A stretch of 64,000 nt of DNA from an uncultured Spirochaetota bacterium (GCA_963783575.1 CAWAOD010000011.1:352001-416000), one strand, 5' to 3'; counted from the stretch's first letter, positions 20,866 to 32,363 are shown. Program-made: numbers and translations. Notes: a model not told the origin generated them from the sequence alone.

Positions 20866-22977
20866 TTAATCCCATTTTGTAACATCTAAAAGCTCATATA
20901 TCCTTACGGGTTTTGTTTTACCCTTTACCCTGGTTAAGTCCAATTCCCTTGCTATAACCCACTTTTTTACCAGTTCATAAGTAAATTCACTTATCATTAT
21001 ACTTGTATGAAAGTATTTGTTCAAACCTTTTATTCTGGATGCGAGGTTAACTGAGTCTCCGATCGCTGTGTAATTCTTTTGCTTTTCCGAACCGACATTA
21101 CCGACAATGATATTGCCTGTATTCAACCCAATATTGATATTAATTGGAGGGTAACCCTTTTTAGCCTGGTCTTCATTAAACTGTTTCAGCGCTTCCATCA
21201 TCTTTATTGAGGCCTGACAGGCTTTTAATGCATGGTTTTCCAGATCGATAGGCGCTCCCCAGAATGCCATAACATTGTCGCCTATATACTTGTCAAGCGT
21301 ACCGTCGGAATTTATTACAATATCAGCCATAGTTGAAAAATAACAGTCCATATAATCAATTAGGTCTTTTGGAGTTATGGTTTTTGAAACTTCTTCAAGG
21401 CCTTTTATTGCTGAAAAGAAAACCGTTACTTCTTTATCCTGGCCCCCAAGCTGAATCATATCCGGGTTTTGGATAAGAATATCAACCAGTTTAGGATTGA
21501 GATAGCTAGAAAATGTTGATTTTATGAACCCCTTTTCCTTTTGCTCTGTTAAAAGCATAAAAATCTGGACGCCGACAAGTACAAATACACAATTCAGGAT
21601 TGGAATAAATGTTATAATCTGGTAATTATAAATGAAAAAACCATACCCGACAGCAAGTGGAATTATTACTGATAAGAATCCAGCCGCAATGGTAAATCGG
21701 GTACCCTGAGAAACTAAAAATCCGACCAATAAAACAATTATTAATAAATATAGTATATTAATCCATTGAGGCAAATCATAAATAAAATCTCTCTGCATTA
21801 TTGTCCCCAGCGCATAGGCATTGAGTTCAATACCGAACATTTCTCCCATCGGAGTCGGTTTGATATCATAAGCTCCCAATTTTGAAAACATGCCTACAAA
21901 TATAATGGAATTATCCTGGATTTTAGCTGTTGTTATGTCTTTAAATGACAATCTGCGGATATAACCGCTTGAAGGAAGGGATTTATAATTGATCTTCATC
22001 CGCCATTGGTCATCAACCGGTATTTTATATTCGGTTTTTTGACCGTTGATGACGGCCTCTTTTATTATGATAAATCCCGGTTCAACTGAAACTTTTGATA
22101 AATCGGATTTTAATAAATTAACGGCCATGGAAAGTATTATTGAAGGATAGACTATATTTGTCAATGCCGTTTCTCCGCCGTTCGTGATGTAATAAAAAGT
22201 TTTTACAATCAAAGGTATTTCCATTACAGAGATTTCTGTCTCATTTACATTGGCTACATTGGCGAATCCCGAAAACTTTAGACTTTCTGGAATTTCTTTC
22301 ATAAGTATTGTTGGAATAGGGTAGATTTGCGCATTATCAACTGAAGAAAGCGGGATCTTAAGCTCAAACTTATACATTGCCTGTACTTGCGGTGAATAAT
22401 AATTCAGGCTTTTTTGAACAATTACTTTTTTAAAATAATCATAATTTTCTTTATTCGATTTTTCAACAATCTTGGCCAATTCCTTTGTGGCCCCAAGTAT
22501 TATATCTTCACCGACTAAACCTTTATAATTACTTAAAGATTCTATCATAGCATTATCGCTTTTGAGATTTAAACTATGCTCGGCGAAAATTATATCAAAG
22601 AAAACCATCGGTGGAATTTGCTGTGAATTGAAAGAATTCATCATATCAGCCCATACCTTCCTATCAAAGGGCCAGTTTCCATAAGAATTGATTGTTTCGT
22701 CATCTATTGCGGCAATATAGATATTTTTATAAATTCCCTTCCTGGACTTAGCAAAATCACCCGATTTGTCTGAATCGACCCCGGTCAGCAGGGCTTTTGT
22801 CTGGAATCTCCAGTTTATAGACTGGTTTTCAAAACTTTTTAATTTATCACTGACGCCCAAGAAATCATAGTCTGCCAGGAAATAATAAATACATGTAAAA
22901 AAAAGGAAAATAACAAAAGATATCAAAAATACAAAGAAATATTTATTGATTTTTTTTCTGGATTTTACAGCCCCCAT
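20866..22977 (-). CDS. CHASE2 class III adenylate cyclase, transition-state (C2-like) half
   Basis: Same architecture. Intact DKYIGD and YTAIGDSVNLASRI, but the first metal motif reads FSAIKGLE. Confidence 0.9.
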   Translation of the reverse strand: MGAVKSRKKINKYFFVFLISFVIFLFFTCIYYFLADYDFLGVSDKLKSFENQSINWRFQTKALLTGVDSDKSGDFAKSRKGIYKNIYIAAIDDETINSYGNWPFDRKVWADMMNSFNSQQIPPMVFFDIIFAEHSLNLKSDNAMIESLSNYKGLVGEDIILGATKELAKIVEKSNKENYDYFKKVIVQKSLNYYSPQVQAMYKFELKIPLSSVDNAQIYPIPTILMKEIPESLKFSGFANVANVNETEISVMEIPLIVKTFYYITNGGETALTNIVYPSIILSMAVNLLKSDLSKVSVEPGFIIIKEAVINGQKTEYKIPVDDQWRMKINYKSLPSSGYIRRLSFKDITTAKIQDNSIIFVGMFSKLGAYDIKPTPMGEMFGIELNAYALGTIMQRDFIYDLPQWINILYLLIIVLLVGFLVSQGTRFTIAAGFLSVIIPLAVGYGFFIYNYQIITFIPILNCVFVLVGVQIFMLLTEQKEKGFIKSTFSSYLNPKLVDILIQNPDMIQLGGQDKEVTVFFSAIKGLEEVSKTITPKDLIDYMDCYFSTMADIVINSDGTLDKYIGDNVMAFWGAPIDLENHALKACQASIKMMEALKQFNEDQAKKGYPPININIGLNTGNIIVGNVGSEKQKNYTAIGDSVNLASRIKGLNKYFHTSIMISEFTYELVKKWVIARELDLTRVKGKTKPVRIYELLDVTKWD

Positions 22978-22987
22978 ATGATCCTCC

Positions 22988-25201
22988 CTATTCTATATCA
23001 TTAAGAAATTTGAAAAGAACGCCGCCGAGAGGCGGTAACGCTATTTTTATGGAATACGGCTTTCCCTGCCAGGGAATCGAATCGCTATGTAAATCTCTAT
23101 TATTGATTATATTTGAGCCCCAGAAATCGCTGGAATCCGAATTGAGTATTTCCCTGTAAGTTCCTGTTTTAATTACACCTATTCTATAATCATATCTGGG
23201 GACAGGCGTAAAGTTCAAAGCGACGATAATCTGATCTCCTTTAGAAGACTTTCGGATATAGCTTAAGGTGCTGTTGTCGGAGTCATTGATGTCGATCCAT
23301 TCAAAACCGGCCGGCTCATAGTCTATTTCGTTCAAAGCCGGCTCGTTTTTATATAGGTAGTTTAATTTGGCTACAAGACTTTGAAGCCTATAATGAGGTT
23401 CATATTGAGTAAGATGCCAGTCAAGGCTTTTAGCCTCGCTCCATTCATTCCATTGCCCGAAATCCTGTCCCATGAATAAAAGTTTCTTACCCTGATGTGT
23501 CCACATATAAGTGTATAAAAGTCTTAAATTCGCAAACTTCTGCCAGTTATCGCCCGGCATTTTATTAATCATAGAACATTTGCCATGGACAACCTCGTCA
23601 TGTGAAAAAACAAGTATGAAGTTTTCACTATAAGCGTAAATCATAGAAAAAGTAATAGTACCATGATGGTATTTTCTATAAATCGGATCTTTGCTGAAGT
23701 AAACGAGAGTATCATGCATCCACCCCATATTCCATTTAAATTCAAAGCCAAGCCCTCCAAGGTATACCGGTTTCGAAACTCCTCCAAAAGCAGTTGATTC
23801 TTCGGCGATTGTAGTTATTCCCGGGAATTTTCCGAAAACCTGCTCGTTCATATTCTTCATAAAATTTATGGCTTCAATGTTTTCCCTGCCTCCATACTGG
23901 TTAGGTATCCATTCACCCTCTTTCCGGCTGTAATCAAGGTAAAGCATTGACGCTACCGCATCGACGCGAAGCCCGTCAATATGGTATTTATCTATCCAGA
24001 AAAGCGCGTTTGATACAAGAAAATTCCTGACTTCATTCCTGCCGAAATTAAATATTTTAGTGCCCCAGTCAAGATGTTCCCCCTTCCTCGGGTCCTGATG
24101 TTCATAAAGAGCCGTACCGTCAAATTCGGCAAGGCCATGACCGTCTTTCGGGAAATGACCCGGCACCCAATCGACAATTACACCGATGTCATGCTGATGC
24201 ATGTAATCGACAAAATACATAAAATCTTCGGGATTTCCATAGCGGCTTGTCGGGGCAAAATACCCGGTGACCTGGTATCCCCATGACCCGTCAAAAGGAT
24301 GCTCTGCCACAGGCATCAATTCGATATGTGTAAAACCCATTTTTTCAACATATTCTTCAATTTTAACCGCAAGTTCCCTATATGTCAAAGACCTGAAATC
24401 TTCTTCCGGAACTCTCATCCAGGAGCCTAAGTGAACTTCATAAATAGACATAGGCCTGGAATAATTCCTTGTTTTACTTCTTTTCTTTATCCATTTTTGA
24501 TCATGCCAATCATATTTCTGAATATTCCAGACTATTGAGGCCGATTTCGGCCTTAATTCGGAATAGAATCCGTATGGATCGGCTTTTTCGAGGACCCGAT
24601 TATCGCCGGTTTTAACCGCGTATTTATAAACGCAGCCCTCATCCAATCCGGGTATAAATATCTCCCATATCCCCGAACTTCCCAGTACCCTCATCTGGTG
24701 CCTTCTGCCGTCCCAATTATTGAAATCGCCGATAACACCGGCTGCTTTTGCATTGGGAGCCCAAACGGCAAAAAGGACTCCTTTAATATTGTTGATTTCC
24801 ATAACATGGGCGCCTAATTTATTATATATTTCCTGATGAGAACCTTCATTGAACAGGTGCCTGTCAAACTCGGAGATTACCGGAAGGAAGCAGTACGGGT
24901 CTTTTTCCAGGGTTGTCTTTTTTTTTGAATAAGCTGTCTTTATTTCATATTCAAATACCTCGGTTTTATCAAAGAAAATAATTTCATAAAAACCGCTGCT
25001 ATTAATTTTATTCATTAAATATTCTTTTCCGGTTTCATTTTCTATCACTGATATATTTTTTGCCGCCGGGTTGAAAACCCTTATAGAAACTGCTTTTTTT
25101 TTGTCTATGACAACAGGATGAGCTCCCAGAATCTGATAAGGGTCATGAGATTCAAAATTGATGATTTTCTTTAATAAATCTTCCTGAAACGTGTATGTCA
25201 T
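22988..25201 (-). CDS. glgB: 1,4-alpha-glucan branching enzyme
   Basis: [51 protein letters not shown]. Start moved to the ATG at 25201 (GAGGT RBS). Confidence 0.97.
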   Translation of the reverse strand: MTYTFQEDLLKKIINFESHDPYQILGAHPVVIDKKKAVSIRVFNPAAKNISVIENETGKEYLMNKINSSGFYEIIFFDKTEVFEYEIKTAYSKKKTTLEKDPYCFLPVISEFDRHLFNEGSHQEIYNKLGAHVMEINNIKGVLFAVWAPNAKAAGVIGDFNNWDGRRHQMRVLGSSGIWEIFIPGLDEGCVYKYAVKTGDNRVLEKADPYGFYSELRPKSASIVWNIQKYDWHDQKWIKKRSKTRNYSRPMSIYEVHLGSWMRVPEEDFRSLTYRELAVKIEEYVEKMGFTHIELMPVAEHPFDGSWGYQVTGYFAPTSRYGNPEDFMYFVDYMHQHDIGVIVDWVPGHFPKDGHGLAEFDGTALYEHQDPRKGEHLDWGTKIFNFGRNEVRNFLVSNALFWIDKYHIDGLRVDAVASMLYLDYSRKEGEWIPNQYGGRENIEAINFMKNMNEQVFGKFPGITTIAEESTAFGGVSKPVYLGGLGFEFKWNMGWMHDTLVYFSKDPIYRKYHHGTITFSMIYAYSENFILVFSHDEVVHGKCSMINKMPGDNWQKFANLRLLYTYMWTHQGKKLLFMGQDFGQWNEWSEAKSLDWHLTQYEPHYRLQSLVAKLNYLYKNEPALNEIDYEPAGFEWIDINDSDNSTLSYIRKSSKGDQIIVALNFTPVPRYDYRIGVIKTGTYREILNSDSSDFWGSNIINNRDLHSDSIPWQGKPYSIKIALPPLGGVLFKFLNDIE

Positions 25202-25392
25202 AATCAACCTCGATTTTCTGCCAGATAAAAACGGATTTGAATTTTCATAATTCTGATTGATCGATATTACCAGCAAGAACAGTTTCAATTTACAAAAAAT
25301 ATTGCTAATTTGATTTTGGAATAACCCATATATCATAACAGAAATAAAAAAATATGCAATAGTATTTTTATAAAAAAAAAAGAGGGTGGGTT

Positions 25393-25537
25393 ATTGACGG
25401 GAAGAACGCTCCGGAAGAATGTGACTTTTGCGGCCCTTCGTAACTCGCATCCGTGCTTCGGACAGATCTGCGGGCATGCCGGCGTCCTGCCGGCTCGCAA
25501 AAGTAACATTCTTCCTGTGCTATTCTTACCCGTGAAT
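25393..25537. repeat. GC-rich ~145 bp foldback element (about 40 bp imperfect inverted arms, internal hairpins)
   Basis: GGAAGAATGTGACTTTTGCG (25413-25432) matches the reverse complement of 25496-25515 at 19/20; pairing extends outward to 25393/25537. Confidence 0.8.
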
Positions 25538-25820
25538 CTTTGCAAAGGAGAGTAGCCGGGAGAATTATAAACGTTTCTTTTTTTGATTATTAATAATCTA
25601 AAATTACCGGTTCTTTCGAGTTATTGGCCGGCTGTTCGGGGGAATTATTTTAACTCAAAGCTTTTTGAATCGCTAAATATTATTCAGTATATAATTGTAA
25701 GCAGCACTATTGCTACGGATGATAAAATTTAGAAACCTGATTTTTAACATATTTTGATTATAATCATTGACGGGATTATAATATGCGTTAATCAATCAAA
25801 ATAAAATAACGGGTAAAAAT

Positions 25821-28765
25821 ATGCATAACGAATATATTAAAAATATAGCTTCAATCTACAATTCAGGCGAAGGGATGGAACATTCTTACAGAACGTCTTT
25901 TCAAAATTTACTGAATGAATTTGTATCCGTTGAACTGAAAGAAAATATTACTATCCTGCACGAACCGCCGAGAGAGAGCTTCGGTGCTCCCGATTTCAAA
26001 ATAATGAGCCCGTCAGGCGGTATTATCGGCTATATTGAATGTAAAAAAATTGAGGAAGATATTGAAACCCTAGTCCATTCGCCGCAAATTCAAAAATACC
26101 TGGAGATATCAAACAATCTCTTGTTTACCAACTACATTGATTTTATCCTGTTCAAAAAAGGCTCTGTTATTGACAGTTGTCTGATTTCAAGGAAAATCGA
26201 ATTGAAGTCAAAGCCCCAGTTTAAAGATAAAGAAGGCTTTAAAAGGATTATGACAGCCTTTTTCCTGTCATCTCCCGAAAAAATCAAAAGCAGCGAGAAG
26301 CTTTCAATCGAACTTGCCAAGAGAACACGGATTTTAAAGGAACTGATCCTCAAGGAACTTGACAAGGACGATACAAACCCGTTTAAAAGATTTTACCTGA
26401 TATTTAAAAAGACAGTTATTCACGAACTCGATAACGGGACTTTCGCGGGCGCTTACGCCCAGATCATCGGTTTCGGTTTATTCTTTTTCCGGATGTCAAA
26501 ACATGAAAACCTGACGAAAGAAAATGTAATTTCACATGTTCCTCAATACATACCGCTTCTACGCGATTTCTTCCCAAACGCGAAATTCGATGAATGGCTG
26601 CCGGATATCGTCTGGATATTGGATGAGATCATCTCCCTTTTGAACAATATAGACGCCGGTTTCATCAAAAATTCGCTTTCCTATAAGGAATTATCCATAT
26701 TGAAAAAGCGCGATTCCAACCTGAAAGACCCTTTCCTCTATTTCTATGAGGAATTCTTAAGTGTTTATGACCGTGACACCAAGATCGAAAGGGGCGTTTT
26801 TTATACCCCCGAGTCGATTGTTTCCTTTATCATCCGTTCGCTGGACGAAATATTGAAGACCCGGCTGGATATTAAAAAAGGTTTTCTCGACCAGTCTATC
26901 AAAATCCTTGATTTCGCAGCTGGGACCGGCACATTTATTCTCGCCCTCATCGAATTCATCAAGGAAGAACTCTGGAAAAACCACAACCAGGGATTATGGA
27001 ACTATGAGATCAACGATTTTATCCTTGAGAATATTTACGGATTCGAGCTTCTCATCGTGCCTTATATCATCAGCCATTTGAGGATTCATGAATACCTCGA
27101 GAGCTTCGGGTTCCGCTATACCGACGAACGGAAGGGAAGCGCGGCCCAGCGCGCGGAAATCTACCTCACCAATACACTGGACAACCAGCCCGCGGGGGTC
27201 ACCGACTTTTTCGAGGGCTTTAATAATGAATCGAGCCTCGCCGACAGGGTAAAAACCGGGAGGAAATCCTCGTCATTATGGGAAATCCGCCCTATTCCGT
27301 TTCCAGTTCCAACAAGACGGATTTTATCGAGAACCTGATGGAAACCTATAAAACCGCCGTCAGGAGCGAGAGAAACATTCAGCCCCTTTCCGACGACTAT
27401 ATCAAATTCATCCGATTCGCCCACTGGAAGATGGAAAAGGTCAAAAAGGGCGCGGTCGGCATCATCACCAACAATTCCTACATCGACGGCCTGATCCACC
27501 GGGGAATGCGGGAGGAACTGGCGAAAACCTTCGATGAGATTTATATTTTAAACCTGCATGGAAATTCCAATAAAAGCGAAAAATGCCTGGACGGGTCTAA
27601 GGACGAAAACGTCTTTGATATCAAACAGGGTGTCTCAATCGCTTTTTTTGTGAAAACCGGCAAAAAGACTAACGATAAAAGTGGTGTTTATTACTACAGT
27701 TTGCAGGGATTGAGAAACTTTAAATACGATTTCCTTTATGAAAAATCTATTCAGAATTCAGAATGGGCAAAAGTCGAAACAAAGGCACCGGATTACTGGT
27801 ACTTGTCGAAAAACATGGAAATGGAAGAAATTTATAATCGAGGTTGGAAAATTTCAGATATATTTATGGAATATGACATGGGTGTTGCGACTCATAATGA
27901 TGAAGAATTTGTATATTTTGAGAAAAAGGGTTTTAAAGATGAACGTTCATATAATTATAGGCCATTCGACTATAGAATAATTAATTATGATTTGAAAAAA
28001 ATTGGGAGACCAAGATATACATTAATGAGGAATTTATATGTAAATAACAATTTTGCTTTAGTCACAACAAAAATAAATAGGCAAATAAGTATTAATTATT
28101 TTTTTATTACAAATATGGTTACTGATAGACATATTTTAGACAGCGCAAGTGACTCAACAAGTATCTTTCCATTCTATATTTATCCTGATGAAATGGAATT
28201 GTCCCGGGAAAAACAGATCAATTTCACGCCGGAATTCATGAAATTCGCAGAGAATTACATAAAAGACATATCACTCTCAGACGGATGGGCGGAAACCATA
28301 TTCTCCTATATTTACGCCGTTCTGTTTTCCCCGGCTTATCGGAAGAAATACCATGAATTTCTCAAGATCGATTTCCCGCGCGTTCCCTTTATGGAAGAAA
28401 AGGAGCTTTTCAGAAAGCTTGCCGGTGAAGGACAGAAATTGATCGACCTGCACCTGCTGAAAACGGAATTTGAAAGTTTAACGGCCAGTTTCCCCGTTGA
28501 AAACCCGGACTTAAAAGTAGAATCGGTTAAATACGAAGGCGGAAAGGTATGGATCAACAAAACGACCTATTTTGACGGCGTGCCAGAACTCGCCTGGAAC
28601 TACCTGATCGGCGGCTACCAGGTGCTGGATAAATGGCTCAAGAGCAGAAAGGGCCGCGTGTTGACCGGGGAGGAAATAAATTATTTCCTGAGGGTCTGCG
28701 AAGTCCTGCTGGAAACGATAGGCATTCAGGAAAAGATTGATGTGCTGACAAGGGAGTGGATATAG
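25821..28765 (+). CDS. Single-chain restriction-modification enzyme (PD-(D/E)XK nuclease + N6-adenine MTase + Type ISP-like C-terminal specificity domain), split by one frameshift
   Basis: GAPDF..GYIECK, RGVFYTP, LDFAAGTGTF, GNPPY, YRPFD, DFPRVP, IGGYQVLDKWLKSR. One extra A in the A5 run at 27251-27255 fuses the ORFs as VKNREEILVIMGNPPY. No helicase motifs seen. Confidence 0.85.
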
Positions 28766-28800
28766 AATCTTAAGAGCTAATTTGATACAGGAATACTAAT

Positions 28801-29490
28801 ATGAAGTTTTATAAGTATTGTTCTCCTAAAGATTATTCTCTTGATTCTCTTTCAAAAGGACAATTATATTTTAATTATTCCGGTGAATTTAATGATCCAT
28901 TTGATAGTAAATTGCATTTTAAGAATCGAGAATCCGAAGAATGGGACAATAAATATAGAAATTGTACGGTCATCTGTTGTTTTTCAAAAAATAATAAGAA
29001 TATATTATTATGGAGTCATTACTCTGACAAACATAAAGGATTTTGTTTAGGATTTAACGCAATAAAAATAAACAAATATCCACTAATTGAGTTTATAGAT
29101 TCAAATTTAAGAAATTTCTACAATCCTGATGGAAAACATTACTTGCCATTAAGGAAAGTATATTACAGTAGAATTCGTCCATCTCCCTTTAATCCTTTAA
29201 AAGATGATGATAAAAAACTTTTGGAACCAATTTTTAACAAGTCTCATGTATGGAAGTATGAGACTGAATATCGTATGATTACAATACCATATCATTTTAA
29301 AACAAACGTTTTTTCTTTCAATAAGTCTTTTTTAAGCGATATATACATTGGACTGAAATGCGACGAAAAAATTAAAAATAAAATAAAAAGAATCGTTGAC
29401 ATTGATTATTTAGAAAAAGGCTATAATGTTAATATATATCAGGCTAAAGAAAATTTGAATCGTTATGATATTGTTTTTGAAAAATTATAA
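28801..29490 (+). CDS. DUF2971-family protein
   Basis: YKY, FNDPFD, CCFS, LLWSHY.D.HKGFCLGF, K...W.YE.EYR, IYIG. Confidence 0.85.
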   Translation: MKFYKYCSPKDYSLDSLSKGQLYFNYSGEFNDPFDSKLHFKNRESEEWDNKYRNCTVICCFSKNNKNILLWSHYSDKHKGFCLGFNAIKINKYPLIEFIDSNLRNFYNPDGKHYLPLRKVYYSRIRPSPFNPLKDDDKKLLEPIFNKSHVWKYETEYRMITIPYHFKTNVFSFNKSFLSDIYIGLKCDEKIKNKIKRIVDIDYLEKGYNVNIYQAKENLNRYDIVFEKL

Positions 29491-30166
29491 AACATTGACT
29501 GTGCCTCCGGTGATGAAACGCCCGGTTCCCGAGTTTACCGCTATTCATTTTGCAGCACTATCGAGGGAACCGCTTCTTCGTCCAGCAGCACTACCGAGGC
29601 GACCCGGTAAAACGAGGCCAACACCTGACAGATTAAAGGTCAACGCTTCATAGTTTATACTGACTGCCTATTTTCGTCTGTTGATGAACCTGCGCCCCGC
29701 AGTATGAGTGCCATTTCTGATTGAGCCATTATTTGATCAAAAAGGTATCATTATATTTAAATCGTTGTTATTCCCATTTAATGAATAATCGATCTGTTCG
29801 TATTTCGCGGACAGGAAGTCCGCGACCCGAACGCAGCCCGGACTGCAAAGTGAGGCTCTTTAATTATGAGAAAATCTTTAATAAAACCTGGAATAACAAC
29901 ATTGTATAAACCGATTGCTTCACATGAAGTGTAACTCATGCGTAGGGGTGCAATATAGTATTGCTTACAGAACTGTCGTCATGCACTTGATTATGATATT
30001 TGAGATGATTTTCATGGAGCATCGTGCTCCCAAGGTTTAATTGGCTTAGCAGAATGGGCACAAGGATGTGCCATTATATCCATTCTTTTATATGATAGTC
30101 AATGGCAAACGGCAGTTCGCCAAATAACACGATGTTATAAGTGGCTCTGCGGCAACATTCCGCTGT

Positions 30167-30919
30167 TTACAGCAGCTTAAGCTTCTCCACCACCGAGTCA
30201 ATATCTTCATGAAGCACCACTTTAGCCTTATTATCAAAAGGGGTTTCAAATTGATTTATGATCGCCAGCCTGGATTTATCGTTCAAATAGCCTGGAAGCA
30301 TTGCGGCCGGATATACTGTCAGTGATGAACCCATGACAATAAGCAAATCAGCCTTCTGGACTTCCGTCAGTGCTTTTTCCAGGTCTCTCACGTATTCCCC
30401 GAAAAATACCACGTTCGGTTTTAAGGCATTGCCGCATCTGCTGCATTTCGGCACAGTTTTTGATTTGACTTTTTCTAAAACATTCTGAAATTCCGGATCA
30501 TTTTTATTTATTTCAAAATTGCAGCTTATGCAATTATATTTTTCAAAATTACCATGCAGTTCTATGATGTTTGAGTTGCCTGCTTTCTGATGAAGGCTGT
30601 CGATATTCTGGGTTATAACCGTTTTAAGCTTGCCGAGGTCTTCAAGTTTCTTAAGTAATTGATGTCCTTTTGTCGGCAAGGCTCTATCTATAAGGTCCAA
30701 TAATTCGTTTATATACCGGTAAAACAATGTCTGATCTTCTTTGAAATATACAAGATCAAAAAGCTTATCAGCCGGAATGTCTTTTCTGGAATAAAGCCCG
30801 TTCGGTCCGCGAAAATCAGGTATTCCGGCATTTGTTGATATTCCGGCGCCTGTCAGAGCTGTGATGTAATTAGACTTCATGATAAAATCCATTAATAGAT
30901 CTATTCCTTTTAAAATCAT
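30167..30919 (-). CDS. cobB: NAD-dependent protein deacylase (sirtuin)
   Basis: GAGIST.AGIPDFRG, TQNIDSLH, HG, two CxxC, KPNVVFFGE, GSSL.VYPAA. Confidence 0.92.
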   Translation of the reverse strand: MILKGIDLLMDFIMKSNYITALTGAGISTNAGIPDFRGPNGLYSRKDIPADKLFDLVYFKEDQTLFYRYINELLDLIDRALPTKGHQLLKKLEDLGKLKTVITQNIDSLHQKAGNSNIIELHGNFEKYNCISCNFEINKNDPEFQNVLEKVKSKTVPKCSRCGNALKPNVVFFGEYVRDLEKALTEVQKADLLIVMGSSLTVYPAAMLPGYLNDKSRLAIINQFETPFDNKAKVVLHEDIDSVVEKLKLL

Positions 30920-30934
30920 ATAAATTCCCTCCGG

Positions 30935-32152
30935 TTATTTAGTTTTTAAGAACTTTCTTTTCCCGACTTTTATTATTGTATCAATGCCCGATTTAATTTT
31001 ATAATTTTCATCTATAATTCTCTCTCCGCCTACAGTAATTGCATTCTGTTGAAGCATTCGCCGGACCTCGCTTTTAGATGGCAGAGTTTTGGAAGCGATT
31101 AACACATCCATTATGGTCAATTCACCGGTAATTTTAAACTCCTCAATTTCATCAGGGAGGCCCTTTTCCTTGAATATTCTTTCGAATTCTTCAAATGCTC
31201 TGTCTGCTGCTTCCTTTGAGTAATATTGAGCGGCAATGGTTTTGCCTAAAATAGCCTTTATATTTCTCGGATTTTCACCCTCTTTCATTTTTTTATCGAA
31301 AGCTTTGATCTCATCCATCGGAATATCAGTCAAAAGCTCGAAATATTTGAGGATCATATTATCGGGAATCGACATAATTTTTCCGAAGATTTGATTCGGT
31401 TCCTCGCTGATGCCTATATAGTTCCCAAGCGATTTACTCATCTTATTGACGCCGTCAGTGCCTTCAAGAAGCGGCATAGTAATCACAATTTGAGATTCCT
31501 GCCCATATTCGCTTTGAAGGTCTCTGCCTACCAGCAGGTTGAACTTCTGATCGGTACCGCCTATTTCGACGTCGGCTTTTAGAGCGACTGAATCGTAGCC
31601 TTGAACCAGCGGGTACATGAATTCAATCATTGAAATGGGTTTCCCTTCTTTGTATCTGTTGGAAAAATCCTCTCTTTCAAGCAGGCGCGCGACGGTGTAA
31701 TGGGATGTCAGCTCCAGAACATCGCTGAAATACATTTTCCCGCACCAGTCACTGTTAAAAACAATTCTGGTTTTTTGCGGATCCAGGATTTTAAATATCT
31801 GGGTCTTATATGTTTCCGCGTTTATTAATACTTCCTCTTTTGTCAGCCTTTTCCTTGTTGATGATTTCCCAGTCGGATCACCTATCATACCTGTAAAATC
31901 ACCAATTAAAAAATATATTTCATGACCCAATTCCTGGAATTGTTTTAATTTTCTTAAGGGAACAGTGTGCCCCAGGTGGAGGTCAGGAGCAGACGGATCC
32001 GCACCGAATTTAACCCTGAGGGGTTTATTATCCCTGATTGATTTTTTTAACTTCTCCTTTAATTCATCTTCAGGTACAATCTCTACTGTACCGCGAGTCA
32101 GTATTTTCATTTGCTCATCAATAGAATACTGCATGATTTCTCCTTGCATCAA
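30935..32152 (-). CDS. tyrS: Tyrosine--tRNA ligase
   Basis: [36 protein letters not shown]-terminal S4 domain. Confidence 0.97.
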   Translation of the reverse strand: MMQGEIMQYSIDEQMKILTRGTVEIVPEDELKEKLKKSIRDNKPLRVKFGADPSAPDLHLGHTVPLRKLKQFQELGHEIYFLIGDFTGMIGDPTGKSSTRKRLTKEEVLINAETYKTQIFKILDPQKTRIVFNSDWCGKMYFSDVLELTSHYTVARLLEREDFSNRYKEGKPISMIEFMYPLVQGYDSVALKADVEIGGTDQKFNLLVGRDLQSEYGQESQIVITMPLLEGTDGVNKMSKSLGNYIGISEEPNQIFGKIMSIPDNMILKYFELLTDIPMDEIKAFDKKMKEGENPRNIKAILGKTIAAQYYSKEAADRAFEEFERIFKEKGLPDEIEEFKITGELTIMDVLIASKTLPSKSEVRRMLQQNAITVGGERIIDENYKIKSGIDTIIKVGKRKFLKTK

Positions 32153-32363
32153 AATTGCTTACCGCTTTTATGCTAATTATAATATTATTATAGGATATAT
32201 CCAATATTTATTGGTAAACCCAATTATTATTGGAAAAGTCCAGGGTATGAGTTTAAAGAATAATCACCCAATTGTCAATATCCCTCCTGTCAAGGATACA
32301 GATAATTGTAAAATAAATTTATATGTTATAAAATTATGAAATATTTAAAAAAGGATAAATACT

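Noticed and set aside
25333..25545. 70-aa ORF, and other short antisense/overlapping ORFs in the track
   Set aside because: They overlap a palindromic element or lie in shadow frames of well-supported genes, with no recognisable motifs.
27241..27290. Programmed frameshift or two-subunit RM system
   Set aside because: One extra A in an A5 run restores a normal single chain through GNPPY; more simply a sequencing indel.
29805..29860. RNase P RNA-like GGAAGTCC motif
   Set aside because: Lacks the full GAGGAAAGTCC and the downstream conserved rnpB elements; explained by a local hairpin.
29465..29909. Two 62-aa ORFs after DUF2971
   Set aside because: No RBS, atypical composition and no motifs; probably non-coding.
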